Positions 47,333 to 56,933 of a stretch of DNA of 64,000 nucleotides are shown piece by piece. A model generated the notes under the pieces. That model was not told the origin of the DNA, searched no databases, and saw only the letters and a list, made by a program, of their open reading frames with translations. The DNA lies in the IMG/VR virus record IMGVR_UViG_3300027963_003275, positions 10,774-74,773 of that record; one strand, written 5' to 3'. The number at the start of each line of letters is the position of its first letter. Positions within the stretch are counted from its first letter, which is position 1. Source of the DNA: a virus. Its lineage: Duplodnaviria; Caudoviricetes. Made by a program: the position numbers and the translations under genes.

Positions 47333-47440
47333 ATGTCACAAGTAAAAACTAAAAACAACTGGCAGCTTGTTTTAATCAAGCAACAAAAAGAAAAAGAACA
47401 ACGCAAACACCAAGCAAAACTTGCAATGGCAATGCGTTAA
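47333..47440 (+). CDS. small Gln/Lys-rich peptide downstream of the riboswitch-like element (35 aa)
   Basis: Strong RBS AAGGAG; MSQVKTKNNWQLVLIKQQKEKEQRKHQAKLAMAMR*; terminator follows. Confidence 0.7.
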   Translation: MSQVKTKNNWQLVLIKQQKEKEQRKHQAKLAMAMR

Positions 47441-47446
47441 TAATCT

Positions 47447-47473
47447 AGGAGGGATTGATTCCCTCCTTTTTTT
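47447..47473 (+). terminator. intrinsic terminator overlapping a TTGATT-N17-TAGAAT promoter
   Basis: AGGAGGGA-TTGAT-TCCCTCCT then T tract. Confidence 0.85.
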
Positions 47474-47504
47474 ATGCTAGAATGAGATGAGATAACTTTA
47501 TTAT

Positions 47505-47660
47505 ATGGATAGAGAAAAAGTTAAATTGATTATAAGAAATATGGAACTGCTTTTAGATTCTTTGAAAGCAGAAATCTATACAGACGTTCAAGCACATAAA
47601 GTAAAAAGTAATCAACGAATTATTGATTACGATGAAGTATTTGAGGATAATGATGACTAG
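47505..47660 (+). CDS. conserved small hypothetical protein (51 aa, not in ORF track)
   Basis: MDREKVKLIIRNMELLLDSLKAEIY...DYDEVFEDNDD*. Confidence 0.75.
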   Translation: MDREKVKLIIRNMELLLDSLKAEIYTDVQAHKVKSNQRIIDYDEVFEDNDD

Positions 47661-47817
47661 CAGATCAAAACAGTTGGTTAAACTACTTAAAAAATTAATC
47701 AAACAGGAACATTTGTATTCAGATAAACAACTGAAAGAAATGAAATCACAATTGAGAGTTGTGGAAACCGAACTTGTTCAATTGGAAAAACTTACATCAA
47801 AAGGATTTGGAAAATGA
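47653..47817 (+). CDS. hypothetical coiled-coil protein
   Basis: Ends SKGFGK; overlaps both neighbours. Confidence 0.7.
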   Translation: MTSRSKQLVKLLKKLIKQEHLYSDKQLKEMKSQLRVVETELVQLEKLTSKGFGK

Positions 47818-48503
47818 AACCAGAAGTTAAACTCATTTCTGCCACACCAAACGCAGAACAACATATTGCTTATTGTGCCCGTGTAAGTAATCCAAAAAAT
47901 CAAGAGAACTCAAACTTTGAAGGATTGCTTAAATATTGTATTAAGAATCAACACTGGAGCATCTTTGAACATGCATTCCTCACAGTTGAAATTAATACCT
48001 CGTTGGCGATTGCTACGCAAATCTTGCGTCATAGGTCTTTCACATTCCAACAATTCAGTCAAAGATATGCCGATAGTACGGAACTTCAAGTTGAACTTCC
48101 TGTACCTGATCTGCGGAGACAAGATACAAAAAATAGACAAAATAGTACGGACGATCTTGGAAGTGATCTAACAGAAACTATGAGTTTGTTGATTAAAAAT
48201 CATTTTGAAGAGAGTTTGAATATCTACAATCTTCTTCTTGCTCAAGGAGTAGCAAAAGAATGTGCCCGTTTCGTGCTCCCACAGGCAACACAGACCCGTT
48301 TGTATATGTCGGGTTCTCTAAGGTCATGGATGCACTATATCGACCTTCGTAGTGCTCACGGCACCCAGAAGGAGCATATGGAGGTTGCTGAAGCAATCCG
48401 TTGTATCTTTACCTGTCAGTTTCCTACAATCTCTTCTTCTCTTGGTTGGGGTAGAGAAAACTGCCCTGAATGTATGGATGCACCTTCTATTACATTGGAA
48501 TAA
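47814..48503 (+). CDS. thyX: FAD-dependent thymidylate synthase
   Basis: HWSIFEH, QILRHRSFTFQQFSQRY, ARFVLP, TQKEH. Confidence 0.96.
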   Translation: MKPEVKLISATPNAEQHIAYCARVSNPKNQENSNFEGLLKYCIKNQHWSIFEHAFLTVEINTSLAIATQILRHRSFTFQQFSQRYADSTELQVELPVPDLRRQDTKNRQNSTDDLGSDLTETMSLLIKNHFEESLNIYNLLLAQGVAKECARFVLPQATQTRLYMSGSLRSWMHYIDLRSAHGTQKEHMEVAEAIRCIFTCQFPTISSSLGWGRENCPECMDAPSITLE

Positions 48504-48527
48504 ATATCTTTACATATTATTAAAATA

Positions 48528-48767
48528 ATGCCAACTTATCGATTCGAAAATACAGAAACTGGTGAAATCTTTGAAAAATGGATGTATATGGCGGAAAAGG
48601 AACCTTTTCTCCAAGAAAATCCAAATATCAAACCACTCATTCCCACACAAATGAATGTTGGGGAGGTGGGTGATTTATTGAGTAGACATGTTAGAAGAAA
48701 CCCTGGATGGAATGATGTTCTACACAAGGTTTCAAAAGTTCCAGGCGCAAACGTAAAACCTATTTAA
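48528..48767 (+). CDS. hypothetical protein (FmdB-like MPTY start)
   Basis: MPTYRF...TGE..E, GWNDVL.KV. Confidence 0.7.
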   Translation: MPTYRFENTETGEIFEKWMYMAEKEPFLQENPNIKPLIPTQMNVGEVGDLLSRHVRRNPGWNDVLHKVSKVPGANVKPI

Positions 48768-48769
48768 CT

Positions 48770-49528
48770 ATGGCAAGAAAAAGAAGGAGCAATGATAACC
48801 ACCCAATTGGAGTTGGTTTGACGACTAGGCAAACAAAGAGAAAGAAACCAATTAGTGCTGAATATTTGGTTGATGTTGAACCTCTTACAGAAAATCAAAG
48901 AAAACTTTTTGAAGCATATAAAGAAGGTAAGCATTTAGTTGCTTATGGTGCTGCTGGTACAGGTAAGACCTTTATTACTCTTTACAACGCACTCAAAGAT
49001 GTATTTGATGAAACAACACCATACGAACAAATCTATGTGGTTCGTTCTCTTGTAGCAACTCGTGAGATTGGTTTTCTTCCAGGCGACCACGATGATAAGT
49101 CTGCTCTTTATCAAATTCCTTATAAGAATATGGTAAAGTATATGTTCCAGATGCCAAGTGATGCTGACTTTGAGATGCTTTATGGTAATCTCAAATCACA
49201 AGAAACCATTAAGTTTTGGAGCACATCTTTCATTCGTGGTACAACACTTGATAATTCAATCATCATTATTGATGAAATGCAAAATCTTAATTTTCACGAA
49301 TTGGATTCTATCATCACTCGTGTGGGTGAGAATAGTAGAATTTGTTTCTGTGGTGATGCAACTCAATCTGATTTGGTAAAAGGAAATGAAAGGAATGGTA
49401 TTGTTGACTTTATGAATATTTTGAGAAAAATGGATTCATTTGAGTTGGTAGAATTTGGTGTTGATGATATTGTTCGTTCTGGACTTGTGAAAGAATATAT
49501 TACTGCAAAACTTGAACTCGGGTTGTGA
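48770..49528 (+). CDS. phoH: PhoH-family ATPase
   Basis: GAAGTGKT, IGFLPG, RGTTL, IDEMQN, GD..QSD. Confidence 0.96.
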   Translation: MARKRRSNDNHPIGVGLTTRQTKRKKPISAEYLVDVEPLTENQRKLFEAYKEGKHLVAYGAAGTGKTFITLYNALKDVFDETTPYEQIYVVRSLVATREIGFLPGDHDDKSALYQIPYKNMVKYMFQMPSDADFEMLYGNLKSQETIKFWSTSFIRGTTLDNSIIIIDEMQNLNFHELDSIITRVGENSRICFCGDATQSDLVKGNERNGIVDFMNILRKMDSFELVEFGVDDIVRSGLVKEYITAKLELGL

Positions 49529-50205
49529 TGTTTAACTATGTGGATTTGGATCTCCCTCAATTAGAGAGGGAGACTATTGATGGGGTTCGTTATTATAAGG
49601 TTCCCAATGAGGATGAGTTATTAAGACTTGTCTCTATTACTTCTGTAACCAGTCATAAGAACCGTCAGTTCTTTGCTGATTGGAGAAAGAAAGTAGGAGA
49701 AGAACAAGCAAATAAAATCACAAAGCAAGCAACCAGTCGTGGGACTGATATGCATACACTTGCTGAAATGTATTTGAAGAATGAAGAATTTAATTCTGAA
49801 GTTCTTCCAATTTCGCAAATGTTATTTGGGATTGCGAAACCTTATTTGAATAAGATAAATAATATTCATGCACTTGAAAACTCTTTGTATAGCAAAGTTT
49901 TAGGTATTGCGGGAACTGTTGATTGTATTGCAGAATATAATGGTGAATTGGCAGTTATTGACTTTAAGACTTCTAAGAAACCAAAACCAAGAGATTGGAT
50001 TGAGCATTATTTCGTACAGTGTGCTGCCTATGCTTGCATGTTATACGAGATGACTGGTATAATGGTAAAGAAGTTTGTAATTATAATGGCTTGTGAAAAC
50101 GGAGAATGTGAAATTTATGAAGAATACGACAAAGGAAAGTACATCAAGTTACTCACCGAATATATTAGAGAATTTGTTAGAGATAAACTTCAGCAATATG
50201 AATGA
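49528..50205 (+). CDS. PD-(D/E)XK exonuclease
   Basis: SITSV, RGT.MH, AGTVDCI, IDFKTS, Q..AY. Confidence 0.85.
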   Translation: MFNYVDLDLPQLERETIDGVRYYKVPNEDELLRLVSITSVTSHKNRQFFADWRKKVGEEQANKITKQATSRGTDMHTLAEMYLKNEEFNSEVLPISQMLFGIAKPYLNKINNIHALENSLYSKVLGIAGTVDCIAEYNGELAVIDFKTSKKPKPRDWIEHYFVQCAAYACMLYEMTGIMVKKFVIIMACENGECEIYEEYDKGKYIKLLTEYIREFVRDKLQQYE

Positions 50206-50455
50206 TAAAATCAAGGAAGAAATAGACAGCAAATTTTTGTGTCCTCAAAAGTTTGCTCAGGATATAGAGAATATTGTCAAAGAATCTAAAATCAATTATA
50301 TTGATGCAATCGTCACGTATTGTGAAGAAAATAGTATTGAAATTGATACTATATCTAAATTAGTTTCTAAACCTTTGAAGGAGAAACTTAAAAATGATGC
50401 AACGGAATTAAATTTTTTGAAAAAAACTACTCGTGCTGCTAAATTGCCGTTGTGA
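50198..50455 (+). CDS. gp33: late promoter transcription co-activator
   Basis: YIDAIV.YCEEN.IE......SKPLKEKL...A..LNFLK. Confidence 0.88.
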   Translation: MNDKIKEEIDSKFLCPQKFAQDIENIVKESKINYIDAIVTYCEENSIEIDTISKLVSKPLKEKLKNDATELNFLKKTTRAAKLPL

Positions 50456-51042
50456 CACCCTTTGATGTATATAAAACTTACTTAGCATTCAAAAATCATT
50501 TTACAAAAGAAAATTACGACTACTTTAAGTATTGTGGAAAGTCCAGAGCATCTCTGGACTCTTTTCATAAGAGAAAGGATAGATATTTCTTTGAACGAAC
50601 TTCTAGGCAGAAGAATGATGATGAAATCAAAGCATATTTTGTAGCAAACTTTGCTGAATGTAATGATACTCAATCTTTATGGATTGGTGAAATCATTGAA
50701 AATGGAGAGCAAGTTTATACAAATTGGTTAAAGAAATCTCAAAGTCTTTTTTACTTATTTAAAACAGAAGCAGAAGTTTTTATAAACAAAGATAGTTTTG
50801 TAGAATTATTTGAAATCAAAAATAATCAGCACCCAGAGATTCTCAAAAAATATTTTCAAAAAGCAATCAGTTTAGAGACAATGGTGATATTGGATATGAT
50901 ATTGGGTTATGTTAATAAGTTTGATAAAAAATTAACAGACCCAGTGTGGGAAACCGTCAGTTTAAGAATTCGAAAGTATCAACCATTCCTAAATATTGAC
51001 GTAGCAAAGTATAAAGAAATTCTCAAGGAGATTGTTTTATGA
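50452..51042 (+). CDS. gp59: helicase loader
   Basis: YKTYLAFKNHFT...YDYFKY.GK, RKDRYFF; synteny gp33-gp59-gp32. Confidence 0.9.
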   Translation: MTPFDVYKTYLAFKNHFTKENYDYFKYCGKSRASLDSFHKRKDRYFFERTSRQKNDDEIKAYFVANFAECNDTQSLWIGEIIENGEQVYTNWLKKSQSLFYLFKTEAEVFINKDSFVELFEIKNNQHPEILKKYFQKAISLETMVILDMILGYVNKFDKKLTDPVWETVSLRIRKYQPFLNIDVAKYKEILKEIVL

Positions 51043-51371
51043 GTAGATTTTTTGATTCAGAACAAGTCAGAGAATCTTTGTTTGAACTTGATAAACTACA
51101 ACATAAACTTTTTAGTGAATTGATGGAAATTCCTTTTTCTGATACAGATAAAAAAAGGGAACATCTAGAAACGATGAAACAATTTTTGGAAAAACAAAAA
51201 GTTTTTATTTTTAGAATGTCTCTATCTGATGACCCAGACGCAGTAGAAATGAGAAATCGAATTCTTGATTCTGCTTTACTGTTTGGGTTAGAACCAGGAG
51301 ATGATATCAATACGTTTTTTGCGAAGATGGAAGAGTCAATTGAAAAACTTGAAAAGACCCTTGACGACTGA
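51039..51371 (+). CDS. conserved cyanophage protein (DUF1825-like)
   Basis: FFDSEQV...LEKQ.....RMSLSDDP.A. Confidence 0.75.
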   Translation: MSRFFDSEQVRESLFELDKLQHKLFSELMEIPFSDTDKKREHLETMKQFLEKQKVFIFRMSLSDDPDAVEMRNRILDSALLFGLEPGDDINTFFAKMEESIEKLEKTLDD

Positions 51372-51389
51372 CCTTATATCTGCTATACT
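51361..51389 (+). promoter_or_regulatory. sigma70-type promoter for gp32
   Basis: TTGACG-N17-TATACT. Confidence 0.7.
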
Positions 51390-51433
51390 TAATATGTACA
51401 ATACTCTCAATACTACTAATACGGAGAATACAA

Positions 51434-52333
51434 ATGTCTTTTGCTGATCTTAAAAAACAATCCAAGATGGGTTCTTTGACTGAAAAACTCATTAAACAAG
51501 TTGAGAAACTCAACGATGGTGGTTCCAAAGATGATGATCGTTTTTGGAAACCTGTAATGGATAAAGGTGGAACTGGTTCTGCTGTAATCCGTTTTCTTCC
51601 TGCTCCCGAAGGTTGTGAACTTCCTTGGGCACAGGTTTGGTCTCACGCATTTCAAGGAACTGGTGGTTGGTTGATTGATAATTGCCTCACTACTTTGGGA
51701 CAAAACTGTCCTGTATGTGAAGCAAACCGTGAACTTTGGAATACTGGTAGTAAGGATAACCAAAACATTGTTCGTGATCGTAAGCGTAAGCTTTCTTATT
51801 TCGCAAACATTTATGTTGTAAAAGACCCTGTGAACCCTGCGAATGAAGGACGAGTGTTCCTTTATAAGTTTGGTAAGAAAATCTTTGATAAGATTATGGC
51901 TTCTATGCAACCAGAGTTTGATGATGAAGAACCAATCAATCCTTTTGATTTCTGGAAGGGTGCTAACTTCAAACTGAAGTTGGTGAAAAAAGATGGTTAT
52001 TGGAACTACGATAAGTCAGAGTTCGCACCATCTTCTGCTCTTCTTGAAGATGATGATGAACTGGAAACAATCTATAAATCACTCAACAACTTGAATGATT
52101 TTGTTTCTCCAAGTGAGTTCAAGTCTTATGAAGATTTGAAGAAACGTCTTGATTATACACTTGGTCTCAAAGGAACTCCTAAGTATCAAGACCCCGAGAC
52201 GATTGGTGAAGAGGAAGAAGATGAAGTTTCACGTCCTGCGAAGGAAACTACTTCAGTTCGTCCTTCTGCTTCTAGTGATGACGAGGACGAGGATGATGCG
52301 ATGTCTTACTTCCAGAAGTTGGCAGAGTCCTGA
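51434..52333 (+). CDS. gp32: single-stranded DNA-binding protein
   Basis: DDRFWK, AVIRFLP, CLTT...CPVCE, RKRK, FGKKIFDKI, acidic tail. Confidence 0.97.
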   Translation: MSFADLKKQSKMGSLTEKLIKQVEKLNDGGSKDDDRFWKPVMDKGGTGSAVIRFLPAPEGCELPWAQVWSHAFQGTGGWLIDNCLTTLGQNCPVCEANRELWNTGSKDNQNIVRDRKRKLSYFANIYVVKDPVNPANEGRVFLYKFGKKIFDKIMASMQPEFDDEEPINPFDFWKGANFKLKLVKKDGYWNYDKSEFAPSSALLEDDDELETIYKSLNNLNDFVSPSEFKSYEDLKKRLDYTLGLKGTPKYQDPETIGEEEEDEVSRPAKETTSVRPSASSDDEDEDDAMSYFQKLAES

Positions 52334-52360
52334 TTTCAAAATCGACTTTTAAATCCATTT

Positions 52361-52391
52361 TACCCCCGAAAAAAATCGGGGGTATTTTTTT
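52361..52391. terminator. terminator between convergent gp32 and gp53 units
   Basis: TACCCCCGA-AAAAAA-TCGGGGGTA followed by T tract. Confidence 0.85.
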
Positions 52392-52402
52392 GTCTGTAGG
52401 GT

Positions 52403-52699
52403 TCACACACCCATTACTTTTGGATTATAACCACGTTTAGTATTTTGATCTACGTATTGTGAAGATTCCGCATATTTCATAATATTCTTCATATCACTTA
52501 TAAAGACTGCTAAGTATTCTGGTTTTAGTATTAATAGTTTTCTTTTCTTTTCATTTTCCAAAACTTCATATTCATAATTACTGACTTCTTTGATGGATGT
52601 AGTTGTAATTTTAGACGCACTTGTATTTGTAATGGAAATTGGTTGAACGTCCGTTGATATTTTTACTTTTACACCACTTATAGGAGTTGGGGTAGACAT
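52403..52699 (-). CDS. baseplate wedge gp53 C-terminal part as a separate ORF
   Basis: VSNYEYE..ENEKKR...LKPEYL..F..D...IMKY is the usual gp53 C-terminus. Confidence 0.75.
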   Translation of the reverse strand: MSTPTPISGVKVKISTDVQPISITNTSASKITTTSIKEVSNYEYEVLENEKKRKLLILKPEYLAVFISDMKNIMKYAESSQYVDQNTKRGYNPKVMGV

Positions 52700-52715
52700 A
52701 TGGTTTTTATTTTAT

Positions 52716-53549
52716 TTAGATTTGTGGTTTGAGTTTAAATACAGGAACAATTACACCATTAACTTCTTCACCGACAATTTCGTATAATAATGGGGAAAGG
52801 ACTACATCATTTTCAAATACAATATCAAGAACTTGAACTGTAGTATTTCCAGTTCTTCTTTTTACTATTGTGTTTCCACCCCAACTTGTGGGCCAATTAG
52901 TTAAAATATTTGTGATCTTGATATCAATTTTATTTTCTCTTCCAGCAACTTTTAATTTAGAAAAGTTAGTAGTAATATCAGTTACAATTGCTTGTGTAGT
53001 TTCTGTATTGTTTTTATAAACAGGAAGATATTGATTTAAATTAATTGTAATACTATAATTTGTATTTTCATTTGGAAATTCACTTAAAATATAGTCATTT
53101 TGACCTTCAGTAGTGGTGACTGATAGTGCTTTTGCTGGATCAACTTGATAACCACCAGGAATTACAACACGTCCATATTCGTCTCTAAACTCTACGGTTT
53201 CGTAATGATGAACTTTTCCAAGTTCTTCGTCACTTCCATACTTATCAATAAGATACTTATAAAAACTATTATTATCTAACGGCCATTGTTGATTGATATT
53301 TGTAATATTATTGGTTGTTAAAATTACCCAATCAAGTTCTGCATTATCATAAACTTTTGCAGCAACTTGGTCTGGTCTTTCATTATCAATAATTTGATAA
53401 TAATTAAAAGCAGTTATAGCACTAGAAATATCACTACGTAATTTTGCTCTTTTGAATATATTTTTTGCTACGACATAATCAGTATTGAATGACTGATTAG
53501 GAAAATTCGCAATATATTGGAAATTTGGAAGTTCTCTAAAGTATCCCAT
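52716..53549 (-). CDS. gp53: baseplate wedge subunit gp53 (N-terminal part)
   Basis: YFRELPN, KNIFKR, ERPDQVA..VY....LDWVIL..NNI, WPL, HHYET. Confidence 0.88.
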   Translation of the reverse strand: MGYFRELPNFQYIANFPNQSFNTDYVVAKNIFKRAKLRSDISSAITAFNYYQIIDNERPDQVAAKVYDNAELDWVILTTNNITNINQQWPLDNNSFYKYLIDKYGSDEELGKVHHYETVEFRDEYGRVVIPGGYQVDPAKALSVTTTEGQNDYILSEFPNENTNYSITINLNQYLPVYKNNTETTQAIVTDITTNFSKLKVAGRENKIDIKITNILTNWPTSWGGNTIVKRRTGNTTVQVLDIVFENDVVLSPLLYEIVGEEVNGVIVPVFKLKPQI

Positions 53550-53550
53550 T

Positions 53551-55152
53551 TTAGTATCCTACGTCGTCGTCTTTGACTATTGAATAATCGCCTGTGCCGT
53601 CTTTCTTAAAGTTATCAAAAATATCTGTTTGATAATCACTTTCATATACAGGTTCAATTTCTTGGAAGTTTAGGGACATCTGTACGGACACTGGTTGTCC
53701 TTCAGCATAAGCAGTCCACTGACCGTCAGGGGCATAAACAACACTCATATTGACAAGAGCACATATCTTAAATTTATTTAACCCAGATATTTCTTTATTT
53801 CCTGTTTTGTATGAAAGTTTGAAAACATTTGGAGTTCCAAGAAAAACAGATGCTGCCCCAGCACCAGATTGTGAGTTTAATTTTCTTGGGGCACTACCCT
53901 GTTTAAACATACGAATAATTCTTTTTACATTTCTTGCTTCTTCCTTACTTCTTGGACTCATACGCCAAGTGAAACCAAATGAACGAAGTGTTGGTCCTTG
54001 GAATAGCAGTTCCATATTTGAGTTTGGAACAATTCCAAATCCTCTTGCTAAAATAGTTTCTGCTGGAATTTCAAATCCAGCACTTTTTGATATTAATGAA
54101 GTTATTGCTGCTTTGGTTTGCGGATTTTTCAGTAAATCAGGTAGATTTGTAATTCCTACGGCGTCTGCCATTGCTCCTATCTGTTTTATAGCTCCTTTGT
54201 CCAACTCGACTCCGAATGCTCCTGCTACAGCAGCTCCAAAGTCTACTGCAAGGTTCCCACCCAATGCTCTCCCTGGATTGTCATAAATTTTACTAGCAAC
54301 TGCTGCCGTCAAATTATTCATACTATCATCACCCCAACTTATAGCATTATTATCTTGGATACCAGAAGGAATTGGTAAAATGGTAGTTGCTATAACTTTT
54401 TTTAAAGCACTATTTCTTTGTAATCCTTTAGTGGCAATTTCTCCACCCTTTGAACCAATACCAAGACTAGGAGCAAGGGGAGCAACTATGTTGCCGATTG
54501 TATCAATAACTCCTCCAACTGATAGTGGAGAAGACAGAAATAGGTTTCCAGTTGGTGGACGATAACGATACATTGTAATTTGTAATGTATCTTGTTGATT
54601 TTCTAAGATATCAATTGGGTATTTTAAAAGGCCACCATCTTTAAAAATTCTTTCTTCTGTTTTGCTATTAAAATCAAGGTTCATAGGATCAAAAATATTA
54701 CCTTGTCCTGGTGGTGCTGCTAATCCAGCTGTTCCTGGTATTGCTGTTGCTATTCCTGGATTTGTTCCTGCAGCACTATTATTAACTCCTGCAGGATCAT
54801 TTTGATGTTTTGGTGTTGCGGTATTATTAACTACATTTCCCCCAGCAGTACCTCCTTTTGCTTGATATGCTGCATATACCTTCTTTCTTATATCCACTGA
54901 AAGTTGTTGCGCCAGTGGTGTTGGTTTGTTTGGATCACCATTTACAAACAATTTTGGATCTTTTATTGCATCACTTGTATAACTACCATTTTTATAAAAT
55001 ATTGCATTTCCCGTTAACGCATCATAACCAAGTGCATTTTTTTCTTTCAATTCATAATCACCAGTTTTTGCATCATATCTAATACCAAGATCAAGGCCCA
55101 ATGGTCCCACAGATGAACGATAGTAATTATCTTTTAATACTTCATAAGCCAT
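53551..55152 (-). CDS. gp48: baseplate tail tube cap
   Basis: LKYP, LPIP..IQD.N...W, NMELLFQGP.LRSF.F...PRS..EA, P.VF, Y.PDG. Confidence 0.85.
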   Translation of the reverse strand: MAYEVLKDNYYRSSVGPLGLDLGIRYDAKTGDYELKEKNALGYDALTGNAIFYKNGSYTSDAIKDPKLFVNGDPNKPTPLAQQLSVDIRKKVYAAYQAKGGTAGGNVVNNTATPKHQNDPAGVNNSAAGTNPGIATAIPGTAGLAAPPGQGNIFDPMNLDFNSKTEERIFKDGGLLKYPIDILENQQDTLQITMYRYRPPTGNLFLSSPLSVGGVIDTIGNIVAPLAPSLGIGSKGGEIATKGLQRNSALKKVIATTILPIPSGIQDNNAISWGDDSMNNLTAAVASKIYDNPGRALGGNLAVDFGAAVAGAFGVELDKGAIKQIGAMADAVGITNLPDLLKNPQTKAAITSLISKSAGFEIPAETILARGFGIVPNSNMELLFQGPTLRSFGFTWRMSPRSKEEARNVKRIIRMFKQGSAPRKLNSQSGAGAASVFLGTPNVFKLSYKTGNKEISGLNKFKICALVNMSVVYAPDGQWTAYAEGQPVSVQMSLNFQEIEPVYESDYQTDIFDNFKKDGTGDYSIVKDDDVGY

Positions 55153-55650
55153 TTATGGTGCGTCCCAAACTTTGGTTTTAAATACTGGTTGACCTCTTTT
55201 ATCAACAAACTTCTCTGTTGGAAGCAACGATACTTCTCTCCATTCTTTTTCAGGCACTTTGAAGAATTCAGTCATTACCCCAGAGAAGAGGTATTTGTGT
55301 AAAGTTTTCTTGGGTGCGTTTACAATTCCTTCTTTATTTAGAAAGGATTCGGCAACACCTCCACGATATTGTGGATTGAGATAATGAAGATTTGCCCCAA
55401 GAAACGAACCTTCACTAAGATTAATATCCAAAATATAAGATAGTGGGTGTTTATCCCAATACTCATATCTTTGTGGATATTTTGCGGAATATAAAAAGAA
55501 AACCAAATCTCCTGGTTTTATAAATCCAGTATCTTCTTCATTAATATCTTTTTTTTGTTTGTTTCTCAATTCATTCATTAGTGAATTGGTCCACCAATCA
55601 CTACTACGATATTTGTTGCCTGCTTGTTTTCTAATGTCGTCTGCAATCAT
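55153..55650 (-). CDS. gp2: DNA end protector-like protein
   Basis: PG.L.FF.Y.AK, YWD..PL, F.G.NLHYL, LP.E.F; synteny. Confidence 0.75.
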   Translation of the reverse strand: MIADDIRKQAGNKYRSSDWWTNSLMNELRNKQKKDINEEDTGFIKPGDLVFFLYSAKYPQRYEYWDKHPLSYILDINLSEGSFLGANLHYLNPQYRGGVAESFLNKEGIVNAPKKTLHKYLFSGVMTEFFKVPEKEWREVSLLPTEKFVDKRGQPVFKTKVWDAP

Positions 55651-56114
55651 TTTACGTTAATCCCCAATTCCTTTTCTGTGAATATCTTAAACTCATATTT
55701 TCTATCAGCACACCAATTTTTTGCTGCTTCCCATTTTGCTTGATTGATGGCCCACATTTTTACCGAATGTGCCCAAGACTTTGTTCTTCTTTTTGGGTTT
55801 GTTTCAGGCATTTTTAAGTCTTTTGCTGGTTTGATTTCAACAACAATTGTTCTATTTTTTCCGTCTTTGTCTTTATATTTCACAAAGAAGTCGGGGAAGT
55901 ATCTGTGATACTTATTGTCTATTGGTGAACGATAAGGAATAAAAAACTCTTCACTTTTCCAAGAATTAACACTTTCAGTCAAATCACAATATTGCATAAA
56001 CTTCAATTCATAAGAAGACCTATAGACAATATTTGATGGGTCTCCACCATACTTTTGAGGATTATGTGGTCTATATTTACCCTGTCTATATTTACTATCT
56101 TCATTGCGAGGCAT
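55647..56114 (-). CDS. gp4: head completion nuclease
   Basis: G.Y.P.NP.KY.GD...I.YRSS.E, RYFPDF, EIKP, NQAKWEAA; late promoter TATAAATA on - at 56136-56143. Confidence 0.92.
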   Translation of the reverse strand: MPRNEDSKYRQGKYRPHNPQKYGGDPSNIVYRSSYELKFMQYCDLTESVNSWKSEEFFIPYRSPIDNKYHRYFPDFFVKYKDKDGKNRTIVVEIKPAKDLKMPETNPKRRTKSWAHSVKMWAINQAKWEAAKNWCADRKYEFKIFTEKELGINVK

Positions 56115-56144
56115 ACATAGTATAGGCATTTTAGATATTTATAG

Positions 56145-56909
56145 ATGGCTGTTCCAACTCAAGGAAGAGGGTCTCCAAAAATAGGACCAATATATCTTAA
56201 GATGACTGAAGGCACTCCACAGAGTGGAATGCCCTCGGCAAGAGATATTTTTGGTAATTTATCTCTTACTAGTCAATTCAAAGTATCATTACATTTGACG
56301 AATGATACAGATGGATTAATGGGTTGGTTGCGTAATTCTGGTGTAATTAATAATCCCAAATATAATAGAACAAATCCTTTTATCTATGATTTTTATTGTG
56401 CGGAAGCAGTTATTCCTGGAATATCTTTTGATGTGACCGAAGAAATGGGAAGTCGTCAGGGAACAATTGAAAGATTTCCAACAAGAAGACTTTTCCCAGA
56501 ATTTACAATGACCTTTTATGTTGATAATGAATATAATTTAATTCGTCTTTTTGAAGAATGGATGAATTATATCAATCCATTATATGTTGGTACTGGTATA
56601 TTACCAGCAAATCCATTAGGACAAGGTGATATTTTAGGAAAAGATAGAAGAGATTTCTTTCGTTTTAGATACCCAGATGAATATAAGAGAATTATATCAA
56701 TTACAAAGTTTGAGAGAAATTTTAATAGTGATGACCAAAACAATATAAAATACCCACCACAGTTAACTTATAGAATGCTTGAAGCATTCCCAACAAATAT
56801 TACTGCGATGCCTTTGACTTATGAGGGAAGTCAAATTGTAAAAACAACAGTCACATTCCAGTATATAAGATATGTAATGGAAAAGAATTACGGCAATTTG
56901 CCCAAATAA
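56145..56909 (+). CDS. gp54: baseplate tail tube initiator / tail-tube-like protein
   Basis: C.EA.IPG, TFYVD, FEEW...I, AFP..I....L.Y; synteny with gp26. Confidence 0.7.
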   Translation: MAVPTQGRGSPKIGPIYLKMTEGTPQSGMPSARDIFGNLSLTSQFKVSLHLTNDTDGLMGWLRNSGVINNPKYNRTNPFIYDFYCAEAVIPGISFDVTEEMGSRQGTIERFPTRRLFPEFTMTFYVDNEYNLIRLFEEWMNYINPLYVGTGILPANPLGQGDILGKDRRDFFRFRYPDEYKRIISITKFERNFNSDDQNNIKYPPQLTYRMLEAFPTNITAMPLTYEGSQIVKTTVTFQYIRYVMEKNYGNLPK

Positions 56910-56933
56910 ATAAATTTAATGACTGAATAAATT

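Noticed and set aside
49528-50205. Cas4 / CRISPR system
   Set aside because: No Fe-S cysteine cluster pattern, no other cas genes and no repeat-spacer array seen; this is the usual T4-like cyanophage exonuclease
52700-52718. Stop-codon readthrough joining the two gp53 parts
   Set aside because: The two ORFs are in different frames and no convincing slippery site is evident
53750-54286. Long antisense or alternate-frame ORFs in the track (also 8168..8638, 51416..51910, 58295..58774)
   Set aside because: They are shadows of well-supported genes on the other strand, with no RBS, promoter or recognisable motifs
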